Below are positions 18,611 through 27,547 of a stretch of DNA of 64,000 bases, one piece after another. A program made the translations under genes and the position numbers. Origin of the DNA: Desulfosudis oleivorans (GTDB taxonomy: Bacteria > Desulfobacterota > Desulfobacteria > Desulfobacterales > SURF-7); NCBI GenBank assembly GCA_020723325.1, contig DYJD01000002.1, forward strand, positions 159,629-223,628. The letters are read 5' to 3'. Numbering within the stretch: position 1 is the stretch's first letter; the number at the start of each line of letters is the position of its first letter. Below the pieces are notes generated by a model that was not told where the DNA came from, searched no databases, and saw only the letters and a program-made list of their open reading frames with translations.

Positions 18611-19375
18611 ATGGAGAAAACATGTCAGACCGATATGGAATCTAAAAAAGAATTTCACCAAACAGATTATATTTTTCGCCCCATTGGTTTCATCCGCTCC
18701 TGCTTCAAGGAGAAATTCGGCATTCCGCGCCAGCCCGGACTGCTTGAGGCCGCCACTGGCCAGCTTGTCCTGTTGCCGCCATATAACAGCAAGGAGGCCG
18801 TGCGCGCCCTGGAGGAGTTCTCCCATGTCTGGATCGTGTTCGTGTTTCACGCCCTGGCGCCGCCCAAACAAAAGACCACTGTGCGCCCCCCGCGCCTGGG
18901 GGGCAACCGCCGCCTGGGTGTGTTCGCCACCCGTTCCGGCTTCCGGCCCAACCCCATCGGTCTTTCCGTGGTGAAATTGGAGCGGATTTCCCATGGCAAT
19001 GCAGGCTGCACCCTGCATTTGAAAGGCCTCGATCTGTTGGACGGCACACCGGTGCTGGATGTCAAACCCTATCTGCCCTATACCGACTGCTTAACCACCG
19101 CCGCCGGTGGTTTTGCCCAGGAGGCACCGTGCGACCGGAACCCATTGCCGGTGGAATTCGATTCGCCTGCTCTCGAATACTGCCTGGCCAGGGAAGCCGC
19201 CGATCTCCCCGGCCTGCGGGCCTTCATCACCGCCATGCTCACCAGCGACCCCCGGCCGGCTTATTACAAAAAAACCTCCCGCCGGAAACGATTCGGTGTC
19301 AAGGTTTTTGATCTGGAAGTCAAATGGGAGGTTGCGGATGAGCAGATACGAGTTACGGAGGTTTATAGAGTATAA
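18611..19375 (+). CDS. trmO: tRNA (t6A37-N6)-methyltransferase TrmO (YaeB family)
   Basis: IGFIRSCFKEKFGIPRQPG, RPPRLGGN..GVFATRSGFRPNPIG and LLDGTPVLDVKPYLPYTD. The N-terminal part of ORF 18461 is repeat-derived, so the start is taken at ATG 18611. Confidence 0.85.
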   Translation: MEKTCQTDMESKKEFHQTDYIFRPIGFIRSCFKEKFGIPRQPGLLEAATGQLVLLPPYNSKEAVRALEEFSHVWIVFVFHALAPPKQKTTVRPPRLGGNRRLGVFATRSGFRPNPIGLSVVKLERISHGNAGCTLHLKGLDLLDGTPVLDVKPYLPYTDCLTTAAGGFAQEAPCDRNPLPVEFDSPALEYCLAREAADLPGLRAFITAMLTSDPRPAYYKKTSRRKRFGVKVFDLEVKWEVADEQIRVTEVYRV

Positions 19376-19391
19376 GGCAATGAATTCCTTG

Positions 19392-19535
19392 TTTCCCGCA
19401 TCTCGTCTCTCGTATCCCGAATCCTTTATCTCATTTCTACCGCCGACCCCGATACCGATAGCGACCCCGACCCCGACAAACTCGCCCGTATCTCGCATCA
19501 CGAATCTCGTATCCAGTAACCCATATCCCGCATCC
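19392..19535 (-). repeat. composite heptamer/hexamer element, C-rich orientation (copy 3)
   Basis: Its reverse complement aligns along its length with 18481-18600, including CGACCCCGATACCGATAGCGACCCCGACCCCGA at 19446-19478. Confidence 0.8.
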
Positions 19536-19546
19536 TGAAAAAAAGC

Positions 19547-19575
19547 TTGCATTCATAGACGACCGGTCGTATATT
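19547..19575 (+). promoter_or_regulatory. sigma70-like promoter with embedded 12-bp perfect palindrome (probable TetR operator)
   Basis: TTGCAT (19547-19552), 17-nt spacer, TATATT (19570-19575). ACGACCGGTCGT (19559-19570) is a perfect palindrome. The ATG at 19583 lies 7 nt after the -10. Confidence 0.55.
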
Positions 19576-19582
19576 TAACCCC

Positions 19583-20170
19583 ATGTCACGACCGCGACGC
19601 AGCGAGCATTTACGGGAAGACCTTTTGGAACGGGGCATTGAACTGCTCTCGGAATCCGGCTATCACGGCACGGGCCTGCAGCAGATCCTGGGCGCGGTGA
19701 ACATTCCCAAGGGCTCTTTTTACAATTATTTCCAAAGCAAGGAACAGTTTGTGGCCGAGGTCATCACGCGCTACAATCAAAAGATCGAGGAGCAGTTGGA
19801 CCGCTACTTGATCCAAACCAAGGATGATCCCGTAACCGCCATCCGCAATATCCACGCCTACATGATCAAACTTTTGGAAAAGGACCCCAAAGGGTGCTTG
19901 ATCGGCAATCTTTCCGCGGAAATCGGCAATGCCAGCAACGAATGCCGGATCGCCATGCAGCACGGCATGCAGGCCTGGAAACGGCGGTTTGAAAAATTAA
20001 TGCAAGCGGCCCAGTCCAAGCGCCTGCTGCGCCGGGATGTCCCAGCCGCGACCCTGGCCGATATCCTCTGGAACACCTGGCAGGGCGGCTTGCTGCGCAT
20101 GAAAATCGAAGGCAATACCATGCATTTGAAGCAAACACTAGAAGTTTTGTTGGATGTGCTTTTCCGGTAA
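19583..20170 (+). CDS. TetR/AcrR-family transcriptional regulator
   Basis: N-terminal HTH GYHGTGLQQILGAVNIPKGSFYNYFQSKEQF. 195 aa, the typical length. Confidence 0.85.
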   Translation: MSRPRRSEHLREDLLERGIELLSESGYHGTGLQQILGAVNIPKGSFYNYFQSKEQFVAEVITRYNQKIEEQLDRYLIQTKDDPVTAIRNIHAYMIKLLEKDPKGCLIGNLSAEIGNASNECRIAMQHGMQAWKRRFEKLMQAAQSKRLLRRDVPAATLADILWNTWQGGLLRMKIEGNTMHLKQTLEVLLDVLFR

Positions 20171-20191
20171 AAATTTTTTGAAGGAGAGAGT

Positions 20192-21319
20192 ATGCAATCA
20201 AAAGCGTTTCAACCGGCGATTGTCGGCGGCATCCAGATGCGAAACAGAATCGTACGTTCCGCCACCCATGAGGGCACGGCAGTGAAGGGTGCCGTGAGTC
20301 CCGCCATCTTGAAAATGCATCAGGACCTGGCCCAGGGCCAAGTGGGCCTGATCATCACAGGCTATATGTGGTTTTCGGAAAGCGATCATCCCACGGGCAG
20401 AACCGTGGCCCTGAACAGTGATGCGGCCCTGCCGGGGCTGCGGCAACTGGCGGACAACGCCCATAAGCACGGCGCCAAAATCATGGCCCAGATTTCCCAC
20501 CAGAGCAGCCAACTGTTCCATGCGCCCAAGGGAACGGTTTTCGGTCCATCGGATGTACCTGACCCCATGACCGGCATTATACCGACACCCCTCAGCCAGG
20601 AACAGATCCATACGATGGTCAAGGAATTCGCCGCCGCCGCCGGTCGCGCCAAGGCGGCCGGCTTTGACGGGGTTGAGATCCATGGGGCCCACGGCTATTT
20701 CCTCAGCAAGTTCTTGAGCCCGGTCTACAATCGGCGTACGGATGAATACGGCGGCGGCACTTTGCAACGGGCGCGAATCGTCCTTGAAATTCTGCAGGAA
20801 ACCAAAAAGGTCTGCGGCCGGGAGTTTCCCGTCTGGATCAAATTGAACTGTTCGGATTTTGACCGGAACGAAAACGGCCTGGATGAGGCCGATTTCATGA
20901 TCATTGCCAAGGAAATCGCCCGCCACGGCATCGACGCCATTGAAGTCAGCGGCGGCACTATGGCCGGTCGCCATACACCCTGCCGGTCCAAGAAGCATGA
21001 AGCCTATCACCTGGAAGCGGCCCGCAATCTGGCCGGAGAAATCAAGGTCCCGATTGTTCTGGTCGGCGGAATCCGGAATCCGGCCACCATTGAAAAAATT
21101 CTTTCCGAAACCGAAATCGCCGCCGTTGCCATGGCGCGGCCCCTGATCCGCGAGCCAGGCCTGGTCAAGCGCTGGATGGACGGCGACCGAAAAGAAGCCG
21201 CCTGCATTGCCTGCAACGGCTGCTTCAATCCGGAAGGCACTGTCTGCTTTCATGAGCTGACCGGCGAAAAAAAGGAGCGCCAAAAAGAAATCATGCAACT
21301 GATGAACCCCAAAAATTGA
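20192..21319 (+). CDS. NADH:flavin oxidoreductase (Old Yellow Enzyme family)
   Basis: RNRIVRSATHEG, GFDGVEIHGAHGYFLSKFLSP..NRRTDEYGG and VGGIRNP. The C-terminal CIACNGC motif resembles the 2,4-dienoyl-CoA reductase group. Confidence 0.85.
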   Translation: MQSKAFQPAIVGGIQMRNRIVRSATHEGTAVKGAVSPAILKMHQDLAQGQVGLIITGYMWFSESDHPTGRTVALNSDAALPGLRQLADNAHKHGAKIMAQISHQSSQLFHAPKGTVFGPSDVPDPMTGIIPTPLSQEQIHTMVKEFAAAAGRAKAAGFDGVEIHGAHGYFLSKFLSPVYNRRTDEYGGGTLQRARIVLEILQETKKVCGREFPVWIKLNCSDFDRNENGLDEADFMIIAKEIARHGIDAIEVSGGTMAGRHTPCRSKKHEAYHLEAARNLAGEIKVPIVLVGGIRNPATIEKILSETEIAAVAMARPLIREPGLVKRWMDGDRKEAACIACNGCFNPEGTVCFHELTGEKKERQKEIMQLMNPKN

Positions 21320-21328
21320 TCACCCTGT

Positions 21329-21413
21329 GGGGTCAAACCTTGATTATTGCATTAACTGCAACCTGCTTGATGTCAACACGAAAAAATAAAATCAAAAATC
21401 AAGGTTTGACCCC
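21329..21413. repeat. 17-bp perfect inverted repeat with 51-nt AT-rich spacer
   Basis: GGGGTCAAACCTTGATT (21329-21345) and AATCAAGGTTTGACCCC (21397-21413), lying between the flavoreductase stop and the OmpA-family gene start. Confidence 0.8.
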
Positions 21414-21433
21414 AATACCAAAGGAGATTTACT

Positions 21434-22288
21434 ATGAAATCCTGCCGTCCCTTCGTACTGCTGAGTGCCGCTGTTCTTCTAATAATAGCCTCCATCCTCC
21501 CGGTTAGCGCCGCCACACCGGCCAAGGAGCCGGATGCCGCGGGCTGTTCCGATCACCCGCTCTTCACGCGCATGCTGAACATGCGCCTGGTGCAATGCAA
21601 GATCCTCCCATTCGACAGCTTCAAATTCAAAACCGGCAAGGGCACAGACACCCCGGTGGAAGGAAAGCGCTTTGATATCAAATACCAGATCCTGCCGGGC
21701 AATGAATATCCGGGTCCGCTGGCCATTATCCGTAACCATCAGCAGGCCGTCACCGCCATCGGTGGCACGGTTTTATTTGAAGATCAGCGCTACACCTGGT
21801 TGAAGGTGGCCAAAGACGGAAAGGAAATCTGGGCCCAGGTGGATACAGCCTGGAACAAAGGGTACCTGCTGACCATTATAGAAAAACAGGCCATGGCCCA
21901 GGAAGTGGTGGCCAGCGCCGAGCTATTCCAAACCGGGCTGAACACCAGCGGCCATGTGGAAGTGCCGGGCATCTTCTTTGACACGGGCAAGTCCGTGTTG
22001 AAACCCGAGTCGGAAGCGGCTGTGGGTGAAATCGCCAAGCTGCTGAAAGCCGATCCAAGCCTGAAAGTATATGTGGTGGGGCATACTGACAATGTCGCCG
22101 CCCTGGATTTGAACCTGAAGCTGTCCCAGGCCCGGGCCGAAGCCGTGGTCCAGGCCCTGATGAGCAAGCATGGGATTGCCCCGGGCCGTCTGACCGGTCA
22201 GGGCGTGGGCCCCCTGGCCCCGGTGGCCAGCAACTCCGACGAAGCCGGCCGCGCCAAAAACCGCCGGGTGGAGTTGGTCAAACAATAA
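21434..22288 (+). CDS. OmpA-family periplasmic/outer-membrane protein
   Basis: Signal peptide MKSCRPFVLLSAAVLLIIASILPVSAA. C-terminal OmpA_C domain FDTGKSVLKPES..VVGHTDNV..NLKLSQARAEAV..NRRVELV. Confidence 0.85.
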   Translation: MKSCRPFVLLSAAVLLIIASILPVSAATPAKEPDAAGCSDHPLFTRMLNMRLVQCKILPFDSFKFKTGKGTDTPVEGKRFDIKYQILPGNEYPGPLAIIRNHQQAVTAIGGTVLFEDQRYTWLKVAKDGKEIWAQVDTAWNKGYLLTIIEKQAMAQEVVASAELFQTGLNTSGHVEVPGIFFDTGKSVLKPESEAAVGEIAKLLKADPSLKVYVVGHTDNVAALDLNLKLSQARAEAVVQALMSKHGIAPGRLTGQGVGPLAPVASNSDEAGRAKNRRVELVKQ

Positions 22289-22294
22289 AACACC

Positions 22295-23173
22295 CTATAG
22301 AATTTGCTTGTCCCTTGCATAGGAGCAAATGATTTCCACCGTCTCGCCCGGCCGCTCCATGGGGACAAAATGGCCGGTGTTTTCAAGGGCCGCAAATACT
22401 GCCGCAGGGGCATCCTTGTGGAAGCGCGCTACCGCCCTGGGCAGAAACGTATCGGATTCAGCTCCGTAAACCACCAGTGTCGGCTGCCGCAATTGGGGAA
22501 CAAATCGCCAGACATCATGGGGGCAAGTGGCAAAGCATTTGGATTCCCAGGCCGGCGCGCAGGTCAGTTGAATGGTTCCGTTGCCGTTTGTTTCGGTTCC
22601 GTCTGCAATATAGGCTTCCAGAAATCCGTCCTGCCAGGCGCGGAACATTCCTTTGCCCTTATAGGCCTTGAGAATGGTTTCCCTATCCGGCCAAACGCGT
22701 TTGCGTTTGGCGGCCCTGGCGGCGATGGGCACATGTTTTGCGAGGCCCACCATTTTCAGGAGACGCCACATCCCCATCCAGGACGGCGGCAGAAAGGTCG
22801 GATCAATCAGGATCAGCGCCCGGATCAAATCCGGCCGTTTGATGGCCAGCAGCAGGTTGACCACTCCGCCGCGGGAATGCCCCATGGCGATCACCGGCCG
22901 GTTGAGATGCTCCAGAAAACGCTCCAGATCCGCCACAAAGATATTCCAATCCTTGAGCTTTCGCGGATCCGCCAGCGCCCTGGTCTGGCCGTGCCCCCGG
23001 TCATCCATGCCGATGACATGAAAATGCCGCCGCAGTTTTTCCGCAAAAGGCGAATACAGACCGGCGCACAGCCCGGTTGCATGGGATATATGCAGCAAGG
23101 GCCCGTTCCCGCCCCAGTCGATATAATGAAAATCGCCTTTTGATCCTTTGAACCAATGATCTTTTCGTTGCAT
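22295..23173 (-). CDS. alpha/beta-fold hydrolase
   Basis: Start at ATG 23173 (GAGGTGG RBS). HISHATG oxyanion region, nucleophile elbow GHSRGG and C-terminal GHFVPMERP. Confidence 0.8.
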   Translation of the reverse strand: MQRKDHWFKGSKGDFHYIDWGGNGPLLHISHATGLCAGLYSPFAEKLRRHFHVIGMDDRGHGQTRALADPRKLKDWNIFVADLERFLEHLNRPVIAMGHSRGGVVNLLLAIKRPDLIRALILIDPTFLPPSWMGMWRLLKMVGLAKHVPIAARAAKRKRVWPDRETILKAYKGKGMFRAWQDGFLEAYIADGTETNGNGTIQLTCAPAWESKCFATCPHDVWRFVPQLRQPTLVVYGAESDTFLPRAVARFHKDAPAAVFAALENTGHFVPMERPGETVEIICSYARDKQIL

Positions 23174-23311
23174 TGAGCCACCTCGCGCGCTGAAACCATA
23201 GAGCATGCCGTCGGGATGTGTGTCAAGAAATTATACGGCGGGTTTGGGGCTGGAATTTGTCGGGCAATTTCCAGCCTGGGCGGTGCCCGCAGCCGGATAG
23301 CTTCACATGGA

Positions 23312-23340
23312 TTGACAGCTCTAAAATCATTCGGTATACT
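23312..23340 (+). promoter_or_regulatory. strong sigma70-like promoter for the binding-protein/kinase operon
   Basis: TTGACA (23312-23317), 17-nt spacer, TATACT (23335-23340). Confidence 0.55.
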
Positions 23341-23446
23341 TGCAGCATAAAATCATTTTCAGTCAACTATTTTCCCATCTTTTTTCTAATCGTTCCGACT
23401 GCGGCAATTATTCAAGCTGCTGCTGCCAATTTTTTATTGGAGGTGG

Positions 23447-24541
23447 ATGATGCGCCCCACAAGCCCATGGATTGTTTTTCTTCTTTTGTGCGCCGTGACA
23501 GGTTGCGGCAAAGACGAAAATATCGATCCTAAAAAGCTGACGCCGGTCACCCTGCGGATCCATGCCTGGAACGGTTACGTGTTGGAATACCAGGAGGAAT
23601 TTAAAAACCATGCAAAAACCGCCCTGGGAATGGAGCTTACCATTGTTTACACCTCCACTGCCGGCTATGATTCCAATGTTGAAAACATCAAGGGCGGGGC
23701 CAATGCCCACCTGGTTTCACCGGCCAACGACCTTCTGGCCCCGCTGGTGCGTGAAGGTTTGCTGCAGCCGCTGGATTCGGCGCGGCTTTCCAATTACAAG
23801 CAGATCAATCCAGTGGTGCTGGAAACCAGATGCAATGAGGTGAACGGCAAAGTCTATGCCGCGCCCTTCAATTTCGGTCCCTATGCCATTGCCTATAACA
23901 AGGATAAACTGCCGGCGCCCACCTCCTACAAGATTTTATGGGACAGCAAGTATGCCAAACGGGTTGCCATTCCCGGTGAATATGACACCATCAACATATA
24001 CATGGCGGCCCTCATGCTGGGATTGCCCAAAAGCGATCTGTTTCACCTGAATGAAGAGCAGCTTGTGGCGGTGGAAGCCTTGCTGCGGGAACTCTGCCAA
24101 AAACAAGTGGGCGACTTCTGGCGGGACAATCTGGACCCGGAAAGCCGCGACCGGGTGGATGTGGGCATGGACTGGGGCATCGGCGTGAATCAGATCAACC
24201 AGCGCTTCCAAGGCAATTGGGGCTTTGCCATTCCTGATGAAGGCGCCACGGGCTGGATCGACACCTGGGCCATCACCCGCAATGCCGTTGACCCCAAGGT
24301 GCTGGAAGCCGCCTATGCCTGGATCGATTTCATGATCAGCCCCGAACGTCAGGCCCAGATGGCCAGGATCACCTCCTATGGACCGATCAATCCCTATGCC
24401 GGCAGATACCTGTCGGCCGAGGAAAAGAAGCTGTATTATCTGAATTATCCCAATTTTATGAAAAACCTGATTTTATGGCAGCCCCTGGAAGCGGATGTTC
24501 TGAAACGCTACCAGGAAACATGGAAACGCGCCAGGCAATGA
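23447..24541 (+). CDS. periplasmic solute-binding lipoprotein (PotD/extracellular solute-binding family 1-like)
   Basis: Lipobox LLCAVTGC. The length and the WNGY..Y..F and GWIDTWAI motifs are PotD/PotF-like. Its stop overlaps the kinase start (ATGA). Confidence 0.75.
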   Translation: MMRPTSPWIVFLLLCAVTGCGKDENIDPKKLTPVTLRIHAWNGYVLEYQEEFKNHAKTALGMELTIVYTSTAGYDSNVENIKGGANAHLVSPANDLLAPLVREGLLQPLDSARLSNYKQINPVVLETRCNEVNGKVYAAPFNFGPYAIAYNKDKLPAPTSYKILWDSKYAKRVAIPGEYDTINIYMAALMLGLPKSDLFHLNEEQLVAVEALLRELCQKQVGDFWRDNLDPESRDRVDVGMDWGIGVNQINQRFQGNWGFAIPDEGATGWIDTWAITRNAVDPKVLEAAYAWIDFMISPERQAQMARITSYGPINPYAGRYLSAEEKKLYYLNYPNFMKNLILWQPLEADVLKRYQETWKRARQ

Positions 24542-26799
24542 ACTTAAAACCCGCAAGCATTTACGGCCGGATCCTTTCCCTGTCTGTGGGCTCCGTGCTC
24601 TTGGCGGCACTGGTCTTTGCCATTTTGTTCATTTTCATCACCTGGCAGGCCCTGCGGACCCACATCCATACCAAAATCGAACATAGCCTGGGCAAGCTGG
24701 GACACATTCTTTCCGTGCCGTTGATCAACCAGGATTATGTTCAGATTGTCAATATCATCGATGAGGAGTCCAAAGGCGGCGATATCCGTTTTATCTGGCT
24801 GACCGGCCAAGATGGCCGGGTGATGGTCTGCAATGATGAAAAGCAGTTGCTGGCGCCCATCGCCCCCTTTTACCGGAAAATGGACGGCTTTCGCCAAAAG
24901 GGGATGACCGACGGCTGGTCCCTGGCCGCCATTCCCAATTACGGCATCATGAATTCAATTCTCGCCCTGGTGGCACCCTGGAGCCTGCTGATTCTCATTG
25001 TTGTTGTGGCCGCAAGCACCTACTTGTTTATCCGCCTGATCAAGAACATAACCGTGCCGCTTTCCCATGCCATTCAAGCTTCCGCCGGCATGGCGGGCGG
25101 CAATTTTTTACTGGAATTGACCGATTCCGGCATCCTGGAAATCGACACCCTGAACCGTTCCCTGGTGGATACCGGCCGCAAACTGGATGAGCTCACCCTG
25201 CGCCTGCGCACCGAACGGGACGAACTGGAACACAACCGCGAAGAAATCCGGAACTTGTCCGAATTCAGGGAAAGTATTATCGATAATGCCACTGTCTGGC
25301 TGAATGTTTTGGATCAGGATGCCCGGGTGCTTGTTTGGAACAAAGCCGCGGAAGACATCAGCGGTTACAGCCGGGAAGAAGTCATAGGCAATGATGACAT
25401 CTGGCAATTGCTGTATCCGGATGCCGAATACCGGAACCAAATTTTTTCAAAGGCAGCCGACATTATCCACAAAGGTATGGTGGTTGAGGACCTGGTCACG
25501 GTCATCCGCACCAAGACCGGCGTCAGCCGAACCATATCCTGGTATTCCAAAAATCTGAAATCCGCCGCCGGCGTTACCATGGGCTCGATTGCCCTGGGCA
25601 TCGACATCACTGAAAAGAAGCGCGTGGAAGAATCCCTGCGCCAGGCCCAAAAAATGGAGACCGTGGGGGCTCTGGCCGGGGGCATTGCCCACGATTTCAA
25701 CAACGTGCTCATGGGAATTGTGGGCGCCATTTCCCTGGTGGAATTTGAATTGGACCGCAAAGAAGGAATATCCAAGGAAGCTGTTCACAGATATTTGACC
25801 ACCATGCGCAACGCGGCCGAGCGGGCCAGCGATGTGGTCAGGCATTTGCTGGCCATTTCCAGAAAGCAGGAGCTGGAACTCACGGTGGTGGATTTGAACC
25901 TGGCAGTGCGCAATATCAGCAAAATATGCAGGAGCAGCTTTGACAAAAGCATCAAGATCAAGGCCGGCGACAATTCCAGGCCTGCCGCGGCCCTGGCCGA
26001 TCTCACCCAGATCGAACAAGTACTGTTGAACCTCTGCATCAACGCGGCCCATGCCATGACCATCATGCGGCCGGAGGGGCAAAAATGGGGCGGCCTGCTC
26101 ACCATTGCCGTTGAAGCCGCGGATGATTCCCAGGCCGGCCCGGCAACCGGCACTTCCATGGAAAAGTATTGGAAATTGTCCGTGAGCGACACGGGCGTGG
26201 GCATGGCAATGGACATCCTTCAAAACATTTTCGACCCGTTCTTTACCACCAAGGAAAAGGGGGTGGGCACGGGCCTCGGCCTTTCCATGACTTACAGCAT
26301 CGTACAAGCCCATAACGGCTTCATCCGGGTATATTCAGAGCCCGGACAGGGCAGTGTCTTCAACCTCTTCCTGCCCATGGCCGAGGAGGATGCGGCAGGC
26401 GAGGCCAAGGTCGGCGTTCATGAAATCGCCATGGGCAGCGGCCTCATCCTGTTTGTGGATGATGAAAACATCAACCGGGAACTGGCCAGGGTCATGCTGG
26501 AAGGTTGCGGGTATGAGGTCGTGCTGGCGGAAGACGGTGAACACGCGGTAAAACTTTATGCAGAGCTGTCCGGTAAAATCCGGGCCGTGATTCTGGACAT
26601 TGTCATGCCCAAAATGTCCGGCGATGAAGCCTGCGCCCGCATCCTGGCCATGGATCCCCAGGCCAGGATCATCATTTCATCCGGATTTTGCGAAGACACC
26701 CGGGTGAAAAGAGCCCTCGCCAGCGGCGCCAAGCTGTTTGTGCCCAAACCCTATTCCTTGAAAGGGCTTTCATCTGCGGTAAAATCGGCGCTGGAATGA
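24538..26799 (+). CDS. hybrid sensor histidine kinase (2 TM + periplasmic domain, HAMP, PAS, HisKA, HATPase_c, REC)
   Basis: H-box [19 protein letters not shown]-boxes DTGVGMAMD and GVGTGLGLS, and receiver ILFVDDENI..VILDIVMPKMSG. It is translationally coupled to the binding protein. Confidence 0.9.
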   Translation: MNLKPASIYGRILSLSVGSVLLAALVFAILFIFITWQALRTHIHTKIEHSLGKLGHILSVPLINQDYVQIVNIIDEESKGGDIRFIWLTGQDGRVMVCNDEKQLLAPIAPFYRKMDGFRQKGMTDGWSLAAIPNYGIMNSILALVAPWSLLILIVVVAASTYLFIRLIKNITVPLSHAIQASAGMAGGNFLLELTDSGILEIDTLNRSLVDTGRKLDELTLRLRTERDELEHNREEIRNLSEFRESIIDNATVWLNVLDQDARVLVWNKAAEDISGYSREEVIGNDDIWQLLYPDAEYRNQIFSKAADIIHKGMVVEDLVTVIRTKTGVSRTISWYSKNLKSAAGVTMGSIALGIDITEKKRVEESLRQAQKMETVGALAGGIAHDFNNVLMGIVGAISLVEFELDRKEGISKEAVHRYLTTMRNAAERASDVVRHLLAISRKQELELTVVDLNLAVRNISKICRSSFDKSIKIKAGDNSRPAAALADLTQIEQVLLNLCINAAHAMTIMRPEGQKWGGLLTIAVEAADDSQAGPATGTSMEKYWKLSVSDTGVGMAMDILQNIFDPFFTTKEKGVGTGLGLSMTYSIVQAHNGFIRVYSEPGQGSVFNLFLPMAEEDAAGEAKVGVHEIAMGSGLILFVDDENINRELARVMLEGCGYEVVLAEDGEHAVKLYAELSGKIRAVILDIVMPKMSGDEACARILAMDPQARIIISSGFCEDTRVKRALASGAKLFVPKPYSLKGLSSAVKSALE

Positions 26800-26824
26800 T
26801 ACGGCCGTATAACCGGATCCAATT

Positions 26825-27424
26825 TTAAGGCCTGCTTTGATACTCAGCCTTCAGCTCGGATTTGGTAAAAAGGGCTTCCACCTCATAGCCACGCGCCAGG
26901 ATGTTTTCCCGGCCGCCCTCTTCCCGGTCCACCAGGACAATGGTCTTCAGGATGGTCAGACCGGCTTCCTCGGCCCGGTCAATGGCCTGGATGGCTGACC
27001 CGCCGGTGGTGATGACATCGTCCAGTATCACCACCCGGTCCCCGGCTTTGACATCGCCTTCGATCCATTTCATGGTGCCATGGGATTTGGCCTGTTTGCG
27101 GATCACAAAGGCGATCATTTCCCTGCCATGCAATCCGGCCACAAAGGCCACGGCATCGGCAATGGGATCAGAACCCAGGGTCAACCCGCCGATGCCCTTG
27201 ATGTTCAAATCCTCGACCATTGCAAAAATGATTTCACCCATGAGCACCTTGCCGTGGGACAGCAGGGTGGTCATCTTGCAATCCACATAATACTGACTGA
27301 CGGCACCCGACACCAGCTTGAATTTGGGTGTCTCACTGTACTGAAAGGATTTTTCCGTCAGAAGTCTGCGCAGTTTGTCTTTTTTTTGCAGCAAATCCGA
27401 ATTCATCATTGTGTTTTTTTCCAT
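26825..27424 (-). CDS. pyrE: orotate phosphoribosyltransferase
   Basis: FKLVSGAVSQYYVDC and the PRPP-binding motif VVILDDVITTGGSAI. The start could be ATG 27409 instead. Confidence 0.9.
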   Translation of the reverse strand: MEKNTMMNSDLLQKKDKLRRLLTEKSFQYSETPKFKLVSGAVSQYYVDCKMTTLLSHGKVLMGEIIFAMVEDLNIKGIGGLTLGSDPIADAVAFVAGLHGREMIAFVIRKQAKSHGTMKWIEGDVKAGDRVVILDDVITTGGSAIQAIDRAEEAGLTILKTIVLVDREEGGRENILARGYEVEALFTKSELKAEYQSRP

Positions 27425-27547
27425 GCCGGCTGTGGACTATTGATATTCGATGAATATCCTTGTAAAAAATGGTTTAATTGAAATTCACTGGCTTCCTAAA
27501 TCAATATGGCGCTATATTGTCAAGAAGCATTTCAGCAAGGAGAGGGC

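Noticed and set aside
20198-21298. 366-aa minus-strand ORF opposite the OYE flavoreductase
   Set aside because: It is a typical high-GC antisense ORF (G/A/R-rich, no motifs). The + strand encodes a complete OYE-family protein with catalytic motifs.
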